From Cenococcum geophilum (lineage: Eukaryota): DNA of 64,000 nt. Location of the stretch: NCBI GenBank assembly GCA_050273025.1, contig CP158635.1, positions 13,516,001-13,580,000 on the forward strand, given 5' to 3'. The number at the start of each line of letters is the position of its first letter. The stretch's first letter is position 1. The translations under genes were made by a program, and so were the position numbers. Below are positions 52,201 to 64,000 of the stretch, piece by piece. Under the pieces are notes generated by a model, which was not told where the DNA came from, made no database searches, and saw only the letters and a list, made by a program, of their open reading frames with translations.

Positions 52201-54821
52201 TCTTAGAGTTATTGTTTAACTATATTAAGGAAACTGTCTATCTTAAGCTTCCTTATTACATATCTTTTTCTATTTAGTTACGCTTTAGTATCTAGGTCTA
52301 GCTATATCTAGATAGGGATATAGTCTAGGGTAAGTGCCTATTCTTCTTTAGGGTTATACCTTTTAAGTCTCTAGTATAGGCCTTCATCTATAAATATAAG
52401 GTTAATTATACTTCTGGCGGTGCCTTATTGCCATATAATTGCTCCTAGGGGGGTAGCTAGCTTAAGGCCCTAAATATCTATAGCTCTTAGTAGGTACTCT
52501 AACTATTGGTCTGCAGCAATATAGATACCCCCCCACTATAAGTAGTAGAGGTTTATGTCTCCTAATAGGATAAACTCTATACCTTTAGTTTCTAGTAAGC
52601 TTATTACTAATATAATATTCTCTATTTATAGGACCCCTTCGACCCTAGGGTTATACACATTAATAATTTATACTAGTCCCCTATATATTTGGATTATTAT
52701 AACTGCAATATCTAGGTTAACTACTTACTATAACTATAAGGATAGGCTAATAGCCTTGCTGATTATAAAGCATATACATATGGCTGCTTTTAGTTTATAT
52801 AGGAGCTAGAATCCTTGGGGGCAGTATGTCGATTATATAAAGGTATTGTAATACGGCTCTTATATAGCAAGGATATAGTATTTCTCTAGGTCTAGACTGT
52901 CTAGTAGGGGCCTTATAAGGCGGTAGTTTATATTGCCGCAGTTATATTATATAATGGATAGGTAGCGGACCCCCGGCAAGGGTCCTTTGACTCTCCTTTA
53001 TTCCTCACTTCTTCTATTTCCACTTTCTCTAGGATATTCGGAGCTTCTATCTCTTATATCTACACCCTAGTTACTACTTATTTTGTATAGAGCTTTCTAT
53101 TCCCATATCTTATGTTCCTATTAGCGCTTCTATATCTAAATCTATTATTATTACTAGTTCTTCCCCTATTCTTACTGGTCGGCTATATACCCTTTATAGG
53201 TCGGCTGCGAATGTTATATTTGCCGCATTAAGTCTAATTCTTAATTATCCTAGTCTTAAGCCTACTGTCGCTGTCTATAGGGGTCTTCCTACGGGGCGTC
53301 CTCTCCCTTATGTCCCCTGTAACCCTTATATCCCTAATCAGTCTAGTAATATTACGCGGCATCGCTTCTGGCCCGTTAAGGCTTGGGATAACTAGCCTAG
53401 CCCTCCAGTATTAAAGGTAGGAAACGCTAGGAAGGCACCTACGTCCCCCTAGCTTATCGCCTGTTGTTTCCATTTATATAACCTAGCGTACAGTTATTCC
53501 CGCAGCTGTTAAGCCCTTGCCTTCCGTCTCCTATATTTAATGTAGTCTTCTCTCTCCCACGCCTTATGTGTGCTTTAGTAGCAGTTCGCGCATTTTATTT
53601 AGTCTTAATTTAAGCAATATCTCGTATTGTAGGGGCCTGCACAGTGGCCGTAGCACACCTATACTGCGTATATAGATTAGGTGTGTCCCCATTATACACA
53701 GCAATAGCATTATTTTAGGCGTAGTCTATAGTTATAGAGCCTTATATTATATATAAGGCCATTTATAATTATTCCTTTTTAGATAAGGAGTTTTTGCATT
53801 TCTAGTATATATGTGCTAATAATAAGGGAGCCATGCGTTCGTCCGGCGTCTTCCTAGCAAGTCTCTAGCGACCCTTATGTTCTCTCGTTGTTCTTATTAT
53901 ATGCTTAGTTTACATTTTCCTATTAAAGCTATTAGATTTAGGTGATTTTAAGTCCTAGTATAAGGCGTTCCGTTTATCTTACTATCTCCTATATAATTAC
54001 TATATTGTCCACCTAGCGTCCCTTTTCTACCCTAAGGCTTATAGGAACCGCTGGGACTTTAACTAGGTAATCCTCGCGGAGTACTTTTATGCTAATACGT
54101 TCTCCTAGCCTATCCCCTGCCCTTACGGCTCGTTCCTTTGCCTATTAGTCCTTTAGGGTAACTCTAATGTCTCCGCTCTTAAGGTATTGGACTATAATAG
54201 CGTTATAAACCTCTTTACGTATCTCTATAAGGACTTCTATTTCTAATTATCCCCTAAGCCCCTCTACTTATTCTATATTTAGTCGTATTATAATTATATA
54301 CCCAGTTATTAACTTAAGGGGGGTGGGTTTCCTATGCTATAAAAGCGTAGCTACGGCGGCCTAGGTACGGTTCGCCGGTAAGGGGGGGTTATACTTATTT
54401 TTAATTTTGCTTAGCCGTTAGAGGATTTAATTAAGGGTTTGCTAAAGGGGCGCCTAAGGTTTGCTAGACTAGCAGAGCCATTCTACTAGCTATATTAGTT
54501 TGTTATAGCTAACGGTTACTCCCCCGCAATTCTAGATACTAGACGCGTCTAATAGGCTTTATATTTTATTAGATGCCTTCTTAATAAAGGTATTTCCGCT
54601 TTATAGTGTGGTATTCGCCTATCTTTATTATAGAGGGCCATTGCTAGGCGTAGTTCTAGCGGTCGCGCGCAAGTGCGAGCCACCGTCGTTCGACGTGTGC
54701 CTTCCCTGCGATGCATACATTTTAGGGGGATTCTCTAGGTGTTTTTCAGGGTTCTTTTGGTTAGTTTTGGTCTTTTTGGGCCGGGTGCAGCAAGAGCTCT
54801 AGTTAGTTTTTGAGGTCTCTT
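49265..54821 (-). mobile_element. Tad1-like LINE copy 4, full length
   Basis: 15-bp TSD AACTCTACTATATTA (49250-49264 and 54822-54836); same 5' end as copy 1. Confidence 0.95.
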
Positions 54822-57800
54822 AACTCTACTATATTATAGCTAATATATAACTACCTACCTAAGATATAAATATAGCTGGCTAAGACAGACACCAAAACAC
54901 GTAATACTGTTATGCCCCTTACGCACTAACTAAGAAGTAATACTCTTAGTAGCTGGCATAGAGAACTATAATACACTGCTCTCGACATAAAAAGGCCTTA
55001 AGGCGGTTACCTAGTGGCTTATTAGCCAAAATATACTAAACCAGTTCTAGGTTGTAAAGGAAATAGTAATAGAGGGCGGGGGGGGCGAGTAACGGGCGCC
55101 CCCTAATAACTCTACAGTAGTAGAGTAAAGTTTACGATACTAGCGCGTCCGTAGGCTTGTTACGGCAGCAGTGGTTCCTAAGGAGGTTAAAAAGTAAGGT
55201 AGTAGAGCACTACAGGTAACTCGCAGGCGCCTCGTAGGCGCCTTATAGGCGAGTCCTAAAAGGCGGGAAGATGGATTATAGGGTTTTCTTAAATAGAGTT
55301 TTCTCCCCATATGTATATAAGGAGTAGTCCGTGTGGGCCCAATAGGGATCCAAATCGGACGTTAAGTAATGAATAATAATATATAGTCCTAATATTTAAT
55401 AGCCTAGCTTATAGCTAGGTTGTTCTACCCCCTAGTTCTTTATTATAACCTAAACTATATTACCTATAATAAAGTTAGGCTTACGCCTATACTTATTTAT
55501 CTACTATTCTATTAATTTTTAGGCCTTTTTTATATTTGTATAGGCTACTATCTAGGCTTCTTCTAAGCGCTTAACGTACTACTAGGCTTCCTTATAAAAT
55601 AGTTTTTTGCGTATAGTCTAAGGTTCTTTTAGTCTTTTTGGTTAAAGCTAGTATAGGGTAAATAGCTAATTTCTAGTTAGATAGGGGCAAATCTAGTAGA
55701 GTTATAGGGTAGGGTTGCCTAGGTATAGTTTATAAGGGGTAGTAGTTTAATATAATTATTTTAGAAATAGTTAATAAAGGGCCGGAGCCTCTAGTCTAGG
55801 TATTAGTTTATAATTTCTATTTAACTATCTATTTAGGAGTAGTATACTATAAAAAGCTTTAGTTTAATACCTAAAATCTAGGTAAACTTATTCTAGAAGG
55901 CTGATATAAACTATAGGCTATAATTATATAAAATAGTATCTAGTAGTTTATAAATTTAGTAGACGTAGTAAATATATAGTTAGGCTACCTCTTTAGTATT
56001 AATATTTTTATAATAGGGAATTAAGAATAGATGTTTACTAAAGTAGTTAACTAGGATTATAACTATATTATATCTGTTACGGTTTATAGGTAGCTTATAA
56101 AAGTCTATAGAGATATATTACTAGGGGCGATTAGGTATTAAGAGAGGTTTTAATAATTCTAAGGTTTTGTCTTATAGAATTATAAACTTATAGTAACTAT
56201 TATAGTTCTCTATATAATAGTTAATATTTATAGCTATTCTAGGCTAATAGTAACGGTTACTAATAATCTTATAGGTCCTATTGTTTTATAAAATAGGCTA
56301 TAAAGACCTAGGTATATACTTTAGTAATAAGCTAAGTCTATAAATTCTATTTCTTTACTACTACTAGCTATACCTAATACTTAAGCAATTTATTTTTAAG
56401 GGACTATAGGCTAGTAGTATTCTTTGCCTTTTGCGGCACTCCTATAAAGAAGGGGCTGTATAGTTTACCTATAGTAGTTTATTAATAAGGTTAAGTTCTA
56501 TAGAGTTAATAGGGTATATCTTAGCTTCTAAACATTATATACTTAGTTCTACCTATATCTAAGGGTTAAGGTACTTTAGTTATAGTAGCGTTTAGCTCTA
56601 TAATAAGATCTTTATAGCTACCTATTTATCTATATCCTATTTATATCTTATAAGTATATTTATATAGTTAGTAGCGCTTAGCCTATATATAATTAGGAAG
56701 TTAAACTAAAATAGAATATTTATTTAGCGCACCTACTATATTATAAGGGCCTTTATTATTATAAAATATTCTAAGGCCTTATAATTAGAAACTAACTAAA
56801 TAGGCTTAGGGGTTCCTTTTAACTATACTCGCTAGTACTAAAAGCTAGAGATAATAGCTAGCATTTCTTTATTATAAATTAGGTAGTTTAGCCTAGCGTC
56901 TATTATAGTCTTTAAATAGTAAGTAATAGGGTCCTATCTTCTATCCGTTTACTTTTAGAAATAAATACTAGCTATAATACTATCTAAGGGCCGTTTTAGG
57001 TTAAAGTGGATAAATAAGAGAATAGAGACTAGTTATTTCTTAAGCTTATTAAAAGCCTACCTATATATAGTATTAAAGTAAAAGGGCTAGTCTTTGTAGG
57101 TAAGGCAATTAAGGGGTCTATTAATCTTGCTATAGTCCTTAATAAAGCGTTAGTAGAAGTTATAAAAACCTAGAAATAATTATACTCCCTTTACGGTCTA
57201 TAGGGGTGCCTACTAGGTAATTACAGCCGTTTTTTTAGGTTAGTTTTAATTCTATTTATATTAATAATAAACCCCAAGTACTTTATATATTTAATACTAA
57301 ACTTTAACTTCTTAATATTAGCCTAGAGGCTAGCCTTATAGAGTCGTTAGAGAACTTTATAAACGTACTCCTTATATTTTAGATTATTCTTAAAGTAGAT
57401 TATACTATTATCTAGGTAGGCCGTATAGAAGTCATTAAGGTAGTTAAAAGGTATATTATTTATATACCCCTAGTATGTAGCCGCTCTATTAGTTAGCCTA
57501 AAAGGTAGTACCTTATATTTATACATTTTATAATAGGTCTAAAATATAGTAAAATCCTTAGAGCTAGGGTTTATTTTAATTTAGTAAAAGGCCTAGTGGA
57601 TATTAGGCTTTATAAAGACCTTAGCTCTACTTATTTAGGCTAGTGTCTTATTAAATAGGAGTAGTAAATAGCGGTCCTTACGGGTTATATTATTTAATTT
57701 ATAGTAATTAATATAAAAACAGAGTCCTCTATTTAGGTTTTTAATAAAGAGAAAAGGTAAGTTAAAAAGGGCTTAACTAGGCTTAATAAAGCCCTTATTT

Positions 57801-58026
57801 AGGTTATTAGTACGGTATTATTTTATAGCCTATAATTAAGTAGTAGACTACTAGTAAAGGGGGCTAAAGCTAAGGGCATTTTCCTTATCTAGCTTAATAT
57901 TAATTTTATAGTTATATAGTTAGTAAGGCGGGAGTCTATTAAACGCTACCTTAGAAAATATATCCTTTAACTTTTAGTATTAATAGAGTAGTTTCTATTT
58001 TACTAGCTTTTTATCTATAAGCTTAC

Positions 58027-58329
58027 TGTAACGGGACTAGCCCAGTTATAGTAGGAATGTCTCAGTGAAACACTCGATAGATAAATTCCGACGCTTTGAC
58101 CAAAATCTACCAGATCAATCGAATTACCGAAGTCCGTTAAAGACCGCGTGCGTACATGCGTACGCATCAACCACCAAGCCCCTGACTATTTAATTATATA
58201 ATTCTCTTATTATTTCTTTCTCTTCTTTACGCAACGTCTTGTTCTTAGCAAGAGCTATATACCCTTAGATTTAGATAGAATTTATATTATTCCTTCAAAT
58301 CTTCCCTAAAGTCTCTCCGCGCCCTTATA
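58027..58329 (+). repeat. 5' LTR of Gypsy C
   Basis: TGTAACGGG...GCCCTTATA; direct repeat of 63681-63983. Confidence 0.95.
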
Positions 58330-61300
58330 ATACGTTGCGTTAATACTAATACCCTTAAAATGGTAAACGAACTTAAATCCGCCACGTTAACTATTATAGC
58401 CCTAGTTAGGGAATAAATGACTATAATATAATAGTCCTTTATAGATCCCTTGGCCTAGTAACGAACTATACTAGAAGCTTAGTATTAGCAATTAATTAAA
58501 GCAATACGCAAAGAACTCCACGACGCTAAAGTACTCGCGTTAGAGACCTTAACAGCAATACCTATAAACGAAATTAAAATAACTGTATACGAACCTAACC
58601 CATCAAATATAAACCCTAAATTAGTAATAGCAGCTTAACCTGTACCTGCAATAAACCTAGTACCTACCGCAAAATCTAAAAAGCTCCCTAACCCTCTAAT
58701 ATTTAATAGAAATTAAAATAACCTACATCCCTTTATAACTAAGCTCCGTTTTAAACTTTTAATAAACTATAACTAATACCCTACCAAAGCCAGTAAGATT
58801 AGCTATAGAATGTCCTGTTTAAATAAGGACGCTGCATAAACTATAGACCCATTCTTCCGTAACGGCACCTTTATTAATTTTAAAATCTTTATCTCTCTAC
58901 TAGAACAAACGTATAATAACGCTAGCCGCGAATATATAGCTGTTACTAAACTTAAAAACCTATAATAACGGAACCAAGACTTTACTAGCTTCTTTTTAGA
59001 ATTTTTAGGCCTTATTAGTAAACTAGATTGGAATAAAGCCGCTAAAGTTGCTGCTCTCCGCCGAGCTATTTTAGATAAAATTAGAGCATAGTTAGTAGGT
59101 AGAGAACTGCTAAAGGACTTACCCAAATTTGCTATAATATGTTAACGAATTAATAAGGACCTTTAATATAATAAATAGACTTATTCCCTAAAGCCAACTA
59201 TACCTTACGCTTAAAACTCCATAAAACCGGTATATACCCTAAAGCGCGATCCGTCTCTAAGACCTAAAAGCCCTATGTACAACCTTATAAACCTCAATGC
59301 CACCCAATTCTATATACCCTTAGGAACCGATAAATAAAGAACACAAGCCGCAAATGGAGAATATTTTAGATGTGGGAAAAAGGGACACATTTAAAGGGAT
59401 TGCCAAACTTACCCTTTTAAAAAGGTCCGCCGTAGTTCCTCTTAGTCCTTAAGTTATACTCGTTTTATAAATTATACTTAGTCGCTATAAAGTATCTCGC
59501 CTTTAGTTAACTCGGAAAACAAATTATTTTAGGGCTAAGTTGCGCCTTAGGATAAGAAGTGGAAGAGCATAAGTATCTAGGCTCTTCTAGCGCTAATACA
59601 CGACACAACTCCCTTAATATACTTGGCAAAATTTAAATACTTAGAAAATGGAAGGAAGTACAAATCCTTATAGACAGTAGAGCTACTAGCATAGGCTTTA
59701 TTAATATAAACTACGCAAAAACTTAATACTTAAATTTAAAGAAACTTAATAAGCCCTAAGGCCTACAAGGCTTTAATAATAAGCCTTTAATATACGGCGA
59801 ACTAACGCACTACGCTCTTATAAAGATGCGGATAGGCGAATACCTTAAATACGTTTCCCTATTTATAATACCCTTAAAGTATTATAAGGTAATACTTAGA
59901 CACGGATAGCTAAAACAACATAACCCTTTAATTAGCTGGGTTAAAGAAACACTAAAATTCCGTATAACCTACTGCTAAAGTTATTACTTAAAATACTACT
60001 TGCCCTACGAATATACACATAACTATTCAAATTTAATATAATACGAATTGCCCTTATTATAAACCTTAAACCAATATAATAAAGTTATAACTGCCAATTA
60101 CGGTAAGGAATGCGAAGATAATATATTAAAACCTCTTAAAATTTATATAATATAAGCCGCACCCTTTTATTTGTTAGTAAGAAAATAAGACTACGAGATC
60201 TTTACTATAATACTAAAAAATATTAAGAAGGCGTTGGAACTGAAGCAATATATTAACCCCCAACCTCTTATACCTAAAGAACATTACGATCTAATTAATA
60301 CGTTTAAGAGATAATTTGTAGACTAACTACCCCTATATTAAGACGAGCACGATTTTAAGATAGAACTTGAACCTAGTATAATACTAAAGTTCGGCCCGTT
60401 ATACGGCATATCGCGAGAAGAGCTACTTATAATATAATAATACCTTAAAGAGCACCTAAAGGAAGGATTTATTCGCCCTAGTTAATTACCATTTGCCTTA
60501 CCTATACTATTCGTTAAGAAACCTAGAGGAGGCTTAAGATTCTATATTAATTATTAAGCCCTAAATACGATCACGATTTAAAACCAATATCTAATTTCTC
60601 TGCTTTAAGAAACGCTTAACCGCTTAGTAAAAGCACGATACTTTATGAAGCTTAACGTAGTTACTACCTTTAATTGAATCCGTGTTCGCGAAGGAGATAA
60701 GAAGTATACGGCTTTCCGTATACAATGGGGACTTTTTAAATACCTAGTAATGCTATTTAGCGTAAAGAACGGTCCTAGTACGTTTTAGTAATACGTTAAT
60801 AATACGCTTTGCGAATTCCTTAATATATTTATTACCGCGTATATTAATAATATCTTAATCTATTCGTCTTTACTTTCTAAATATTAGAAGTACATCCAAA
60901 TAGTCCTTAAACGCCTACAAGACGCGGGCTTATAATGCGACATTAAGAAATATAAGTTCCATACGTCCAAAGTTATATACTTAGGCCTAATTATATCCTA
61001 TAACAGAATTAAAATAGACCCTAAGAAAATCGCTGCGATTATAAACTAGGAAAGCCCTAGTAGTATATAAGATATTTAAGGATTTCTAGGATTTGCAAAT
61101 TTCTACCATTAATTTATTAATCACTTTTTAAAAATTATTTAGCCATTAGTAAACTTAATAAGGAAGAATATAAGATTTAAATAGACTACTAAATGTGAAT
61201 AAGCTTTTAATGACCTAAAATATCATTTTATAACTACTTTAATCCTCGCCTACTTTAATCCGGACCTTAAATATATTGTTAAAACAGACTTGTTTAATTA

Positions 61301-63680
61301 TGCACTAGGAGGGATATTATCGCAGTACAATAAGAACGGCGAGCTGCGCCTAGTAGCCTTTCTCTCCTAGAAACTTACCCCTATTAAATTAAACTATAAG
61401 ATATATAATAAGGAACTGCTTATAATTATTAGATACTTTAAATAATGGCGCCTAGAACTTAAAGAATTATTATTCCTAATACGCGTATTAACGGACTATA
61501 AAAACCTATAGTACTTTATAACTATAAAGCAATTAACGCAGCGCTAAATTCGTTAGGCTGAATACCTTTTATAATTTAACTTTAAGATTACGTATTAACC
61601 TAGCAAACTTAACTAAAAGCCTAACTTATTAACATAACAATTATAGGACTTACCTATAAACGCCTCTAACAAACGGATTATAAATTAATTACGAATTCTA
61701 CTGCCCCCTAAATACTTTAAGAAACTACGCCCTATATTTCTAGACGCGGAGCTTAATAGGAATAAATTGGAAATTAATAAGTGGGATATAGAAGTTAATA
61801 AATTAATAGAACATGAATATAAGAACGACTCCTAGATAGTAGATATAATAAAAGTAATTTAAATAGGGAAACGGCAATATAAGGATATTACACTCGCTAA
61901 ATGCGAAATCCGTAATAATTGGTTATACTATTAATAGAAGATGGTAGTCCCAAATTCCGAACCCTTATAATTTAAGATACTCGAATTTATACACAATTCC
62001 CCTATAGTAGGGCATTTTAGCTATATAAAGACCTATAAGATTATATAACGAGTATACTACTAGCCTATAATGCACAACTATGTACGAAAATACGTCTAAG
62101 TATACAGAATGTGCGTATATAGGAAGACCTCTTATATAAAGAAGTAAGGAGTACTTTAACCGTTACTAATTCTAATGCAAAAATGGCGAGATATCTTAAT
62201 TAACTTTGTAGTTAACCTACCTAACAGTATAGGTTTACGAATGTTATAGTAGTTGTTAACTATCTTACGAAAATGCAACATATAATTTTTATGGACTTAA
62301 TTAATATAATATTAGTAGCCGAATGTTTTATTAAGCACGTCTTTAAGCTATATAGACTTCCTAATTTGATAATATCTGACTGCGGAAGCTAGTTTATTTT
62401 AAACTTTTAGTAAGCCCTATATAAACGATTAAGTATATAAATATAACTCTTAACTATATTTTATCTAGAGATAGATAGTTAAACCAAAATTATAAACGCG
62501 ATTATAGAATAATACCTATAAATATACTACTCCTACCTGCAAGACGACTGGGAGAAATGGCTACTATTAGCTAAGTTTACTGCGAATAATATAAGAAACA
62601 AATTAATAGGCGTAACACCGTTCTACGCAACCTACGGACAAGACCCTTAACTTAGATTTAAACTATAACCCGAAATTAATATAATAGGACCTATAATTAA
62701 GAGGATTTAACTAATTAACATATATAACTTTGCTAATTAAATAAAGTAGTTAACGGAATTATTATAAAGTAAATTAGCGTACGCTTAAATAGTATAGGAA
62801 TAGTATGTAAATAAAGAACGAGCTCCCGCGTGGGACTTTAAGGAAGGTAATATAGTTTACCTAAATTCACGAAACCTAAAGACTTAACGACCTTTAAAGA
62901 AACTAGACTAGAAGTTTACGGGTCTATACTAAGTTAAGAAGAAACTAAGCCTATACGCTTATAAACTTAAACTACTAACTAAGATAAAAATATATCTAAC
63001 GTTTTACGTAAACTTGCTGTAACCCTTAAAGGGTAAACCTATAACTTACGAAGTACCACCACTACCTCCTATAGTTATTAATAATGGCAACGGTTCTTAC
63101 TTTATTAACTTAATTAACGATATATAATAGAAGATATAATCTAAATAATTTAAACTTCTCGTTAAATGGGAAGGATATAAAACATAAACTTAAGAAACCT
63201 ATAACTAGATTAAGACCGATGCGCCTTCCCTAGTAAAAGAATTCTATAAGGACCATCCTTTACGGCCTACTCTGGCTAAATGGACACGATATAAAAGCAA
63301 ATAATTGCCACCTAATATAAATACATAAAACACGATAGTAAGAAGCTTAAAATTAAAAAAGACTTAAAATATATTACAACGTTTGTAATATAATTACGTA
63401 ACATATAAGATATTAAGGAACTTTAACCGCTGGTTAAAGTTGTCTAATTAGTTAGATCCGCCTTGCCAAGACCTACTATAAAGATATTAGTTCTGCTTAC
63501 CGCCTTAACTAAGCTAATAGCAATTTTCTATCCTAGGGATGGAAAATCCTAATTAGTCCATTTAACAATAGAATTGGTAAAACCCTACACTGCCACCTGA
63601 CGCGAAAATATAACACATGATAAGTTATAAGTCTTAACTAAAATTAAATTATTTAGACCTTTGGCTAAAAGGGGGGGTAC

Positions 63681-63983
63681 TATAACGGGACTAGCCTAGT
63701 TATAGTAGGAATGTCTTAGTAAAATACTTAATAGATAAATTCTAACGCTTTAACCAAAATCTGCCAGATTAATTAAATTACCGAAGTCCGTCGAAGACCG
63801 CGTGCGCACATGCGCACGCATCGACCACTAAGCCCCTAACTATTTAATTATATAATTCTCTTGTTATTCCTTTCTCTTCTTTACGCAACGTCTTGTTCTT
63901 AGCGAGAGCTATATACCCTTAGATTTAGATAGAATTTATATTATTCCTTCAAATCTTCCCCAAAGTCTCTCCGCGCCCTTACA
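63681..63983 (+). repeat. 3' LTR of Gypsy C
   Basis: TATAACGGG...GCCCTTACA followed by TSD CTTAC. Confidence 0.95.
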
Positions 63984-64000
63984 CTTACCTTCCTATTTAC

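Larger units (their letters stand above)
47783..55379 (+). mobile_element. Chimeric non-autonomous retroposon 2: ribozyme-headed leader fused to the 3' ~520 bp of the Tad1-like LINE; later interrupted by LINE copy 4
   Basis: 14-bp TSD TATATAGTCCTAAT (47769-47782 and 55380-55393); starts at the same G as chimera 1; 54858-55379 is the sense LINE 3' end with an (AAT)n tail. Confidence 0.9.
46980..58026 (-). mobile_element. Ty3/Gypsy chromovirus B (3' LTR 46980-47308 and pol), interrupted by chimera 2 and Gypsy C; continues beyond the window
   Basis: PPT (C-run 47313-47320 on +) next to LTR end CCGTAATA; chromodomain ~47470-47570; integrase ~55800-56450; RNase H NYxIYDKEMLAII ~56870; RT YLDD ~57410; left LTR boundary approximate. 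Confidence 0.85.
58027..63983 (+). mobile_element. Ty3/Gypsy chromovirus C, complete, RIP-inactivated
   Basis: 303-bp LTRs 58027-58329 and 63681-63983; TSD CTTAC (58022-58026 and 63984-63988); PPT AAAAGGGGGGG before the 3' LTR; gag ATG 58360 and CFRCGKKGH ~59365; protease IDSGAT ~59672; RT FVKKPGGGLRF ~60510 and YIDDILIYS ~60840; RNase H ~61280-61520; integrase DFVVDLP ~62200; chromodomain LLVKWEGY ~63160. Confidence 0.95.

Overview
AT-rich, heavily RIP-mutated block of nested transposons from a filamentous ascomycete (inferred from TpA excess, CpA/TpG loss, and nearly all premature stops being TAA/TAG). It resembles heterochromatin or a centromere/AT isochore, and I found no intact host gene. 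Contents: a Copia relic plus solo LTR; three chromovirus Gypsy elements (two with both LTRs and 5-bp TSDs) and one Gypsy fragment; four near full-length Tad1-like LINEs on the minus strand; two minisatellite-filled non-autonomous TIR elements; a Crypton-like intron-containing tyrosine recombinase gene with a divergent partner gene; a palindromic 12-mer satellite. Most notable: two TSD-flanked chimeric retroposons (34798-38599 and 47783-55379). Each starts at G1 of an HDV-like ribozyme fold and shares a ~1.5-1.7 kb GC-rich leader, which is fused at the same point to a different LINE-derived 3' part (an ORF1-only half-LINE, or the tail of the local LINE). One Gypsy also carries an antisense, intron-containing six-cysteine gene. 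Protein readings below reverse RIP changes by eye; no database search was run.
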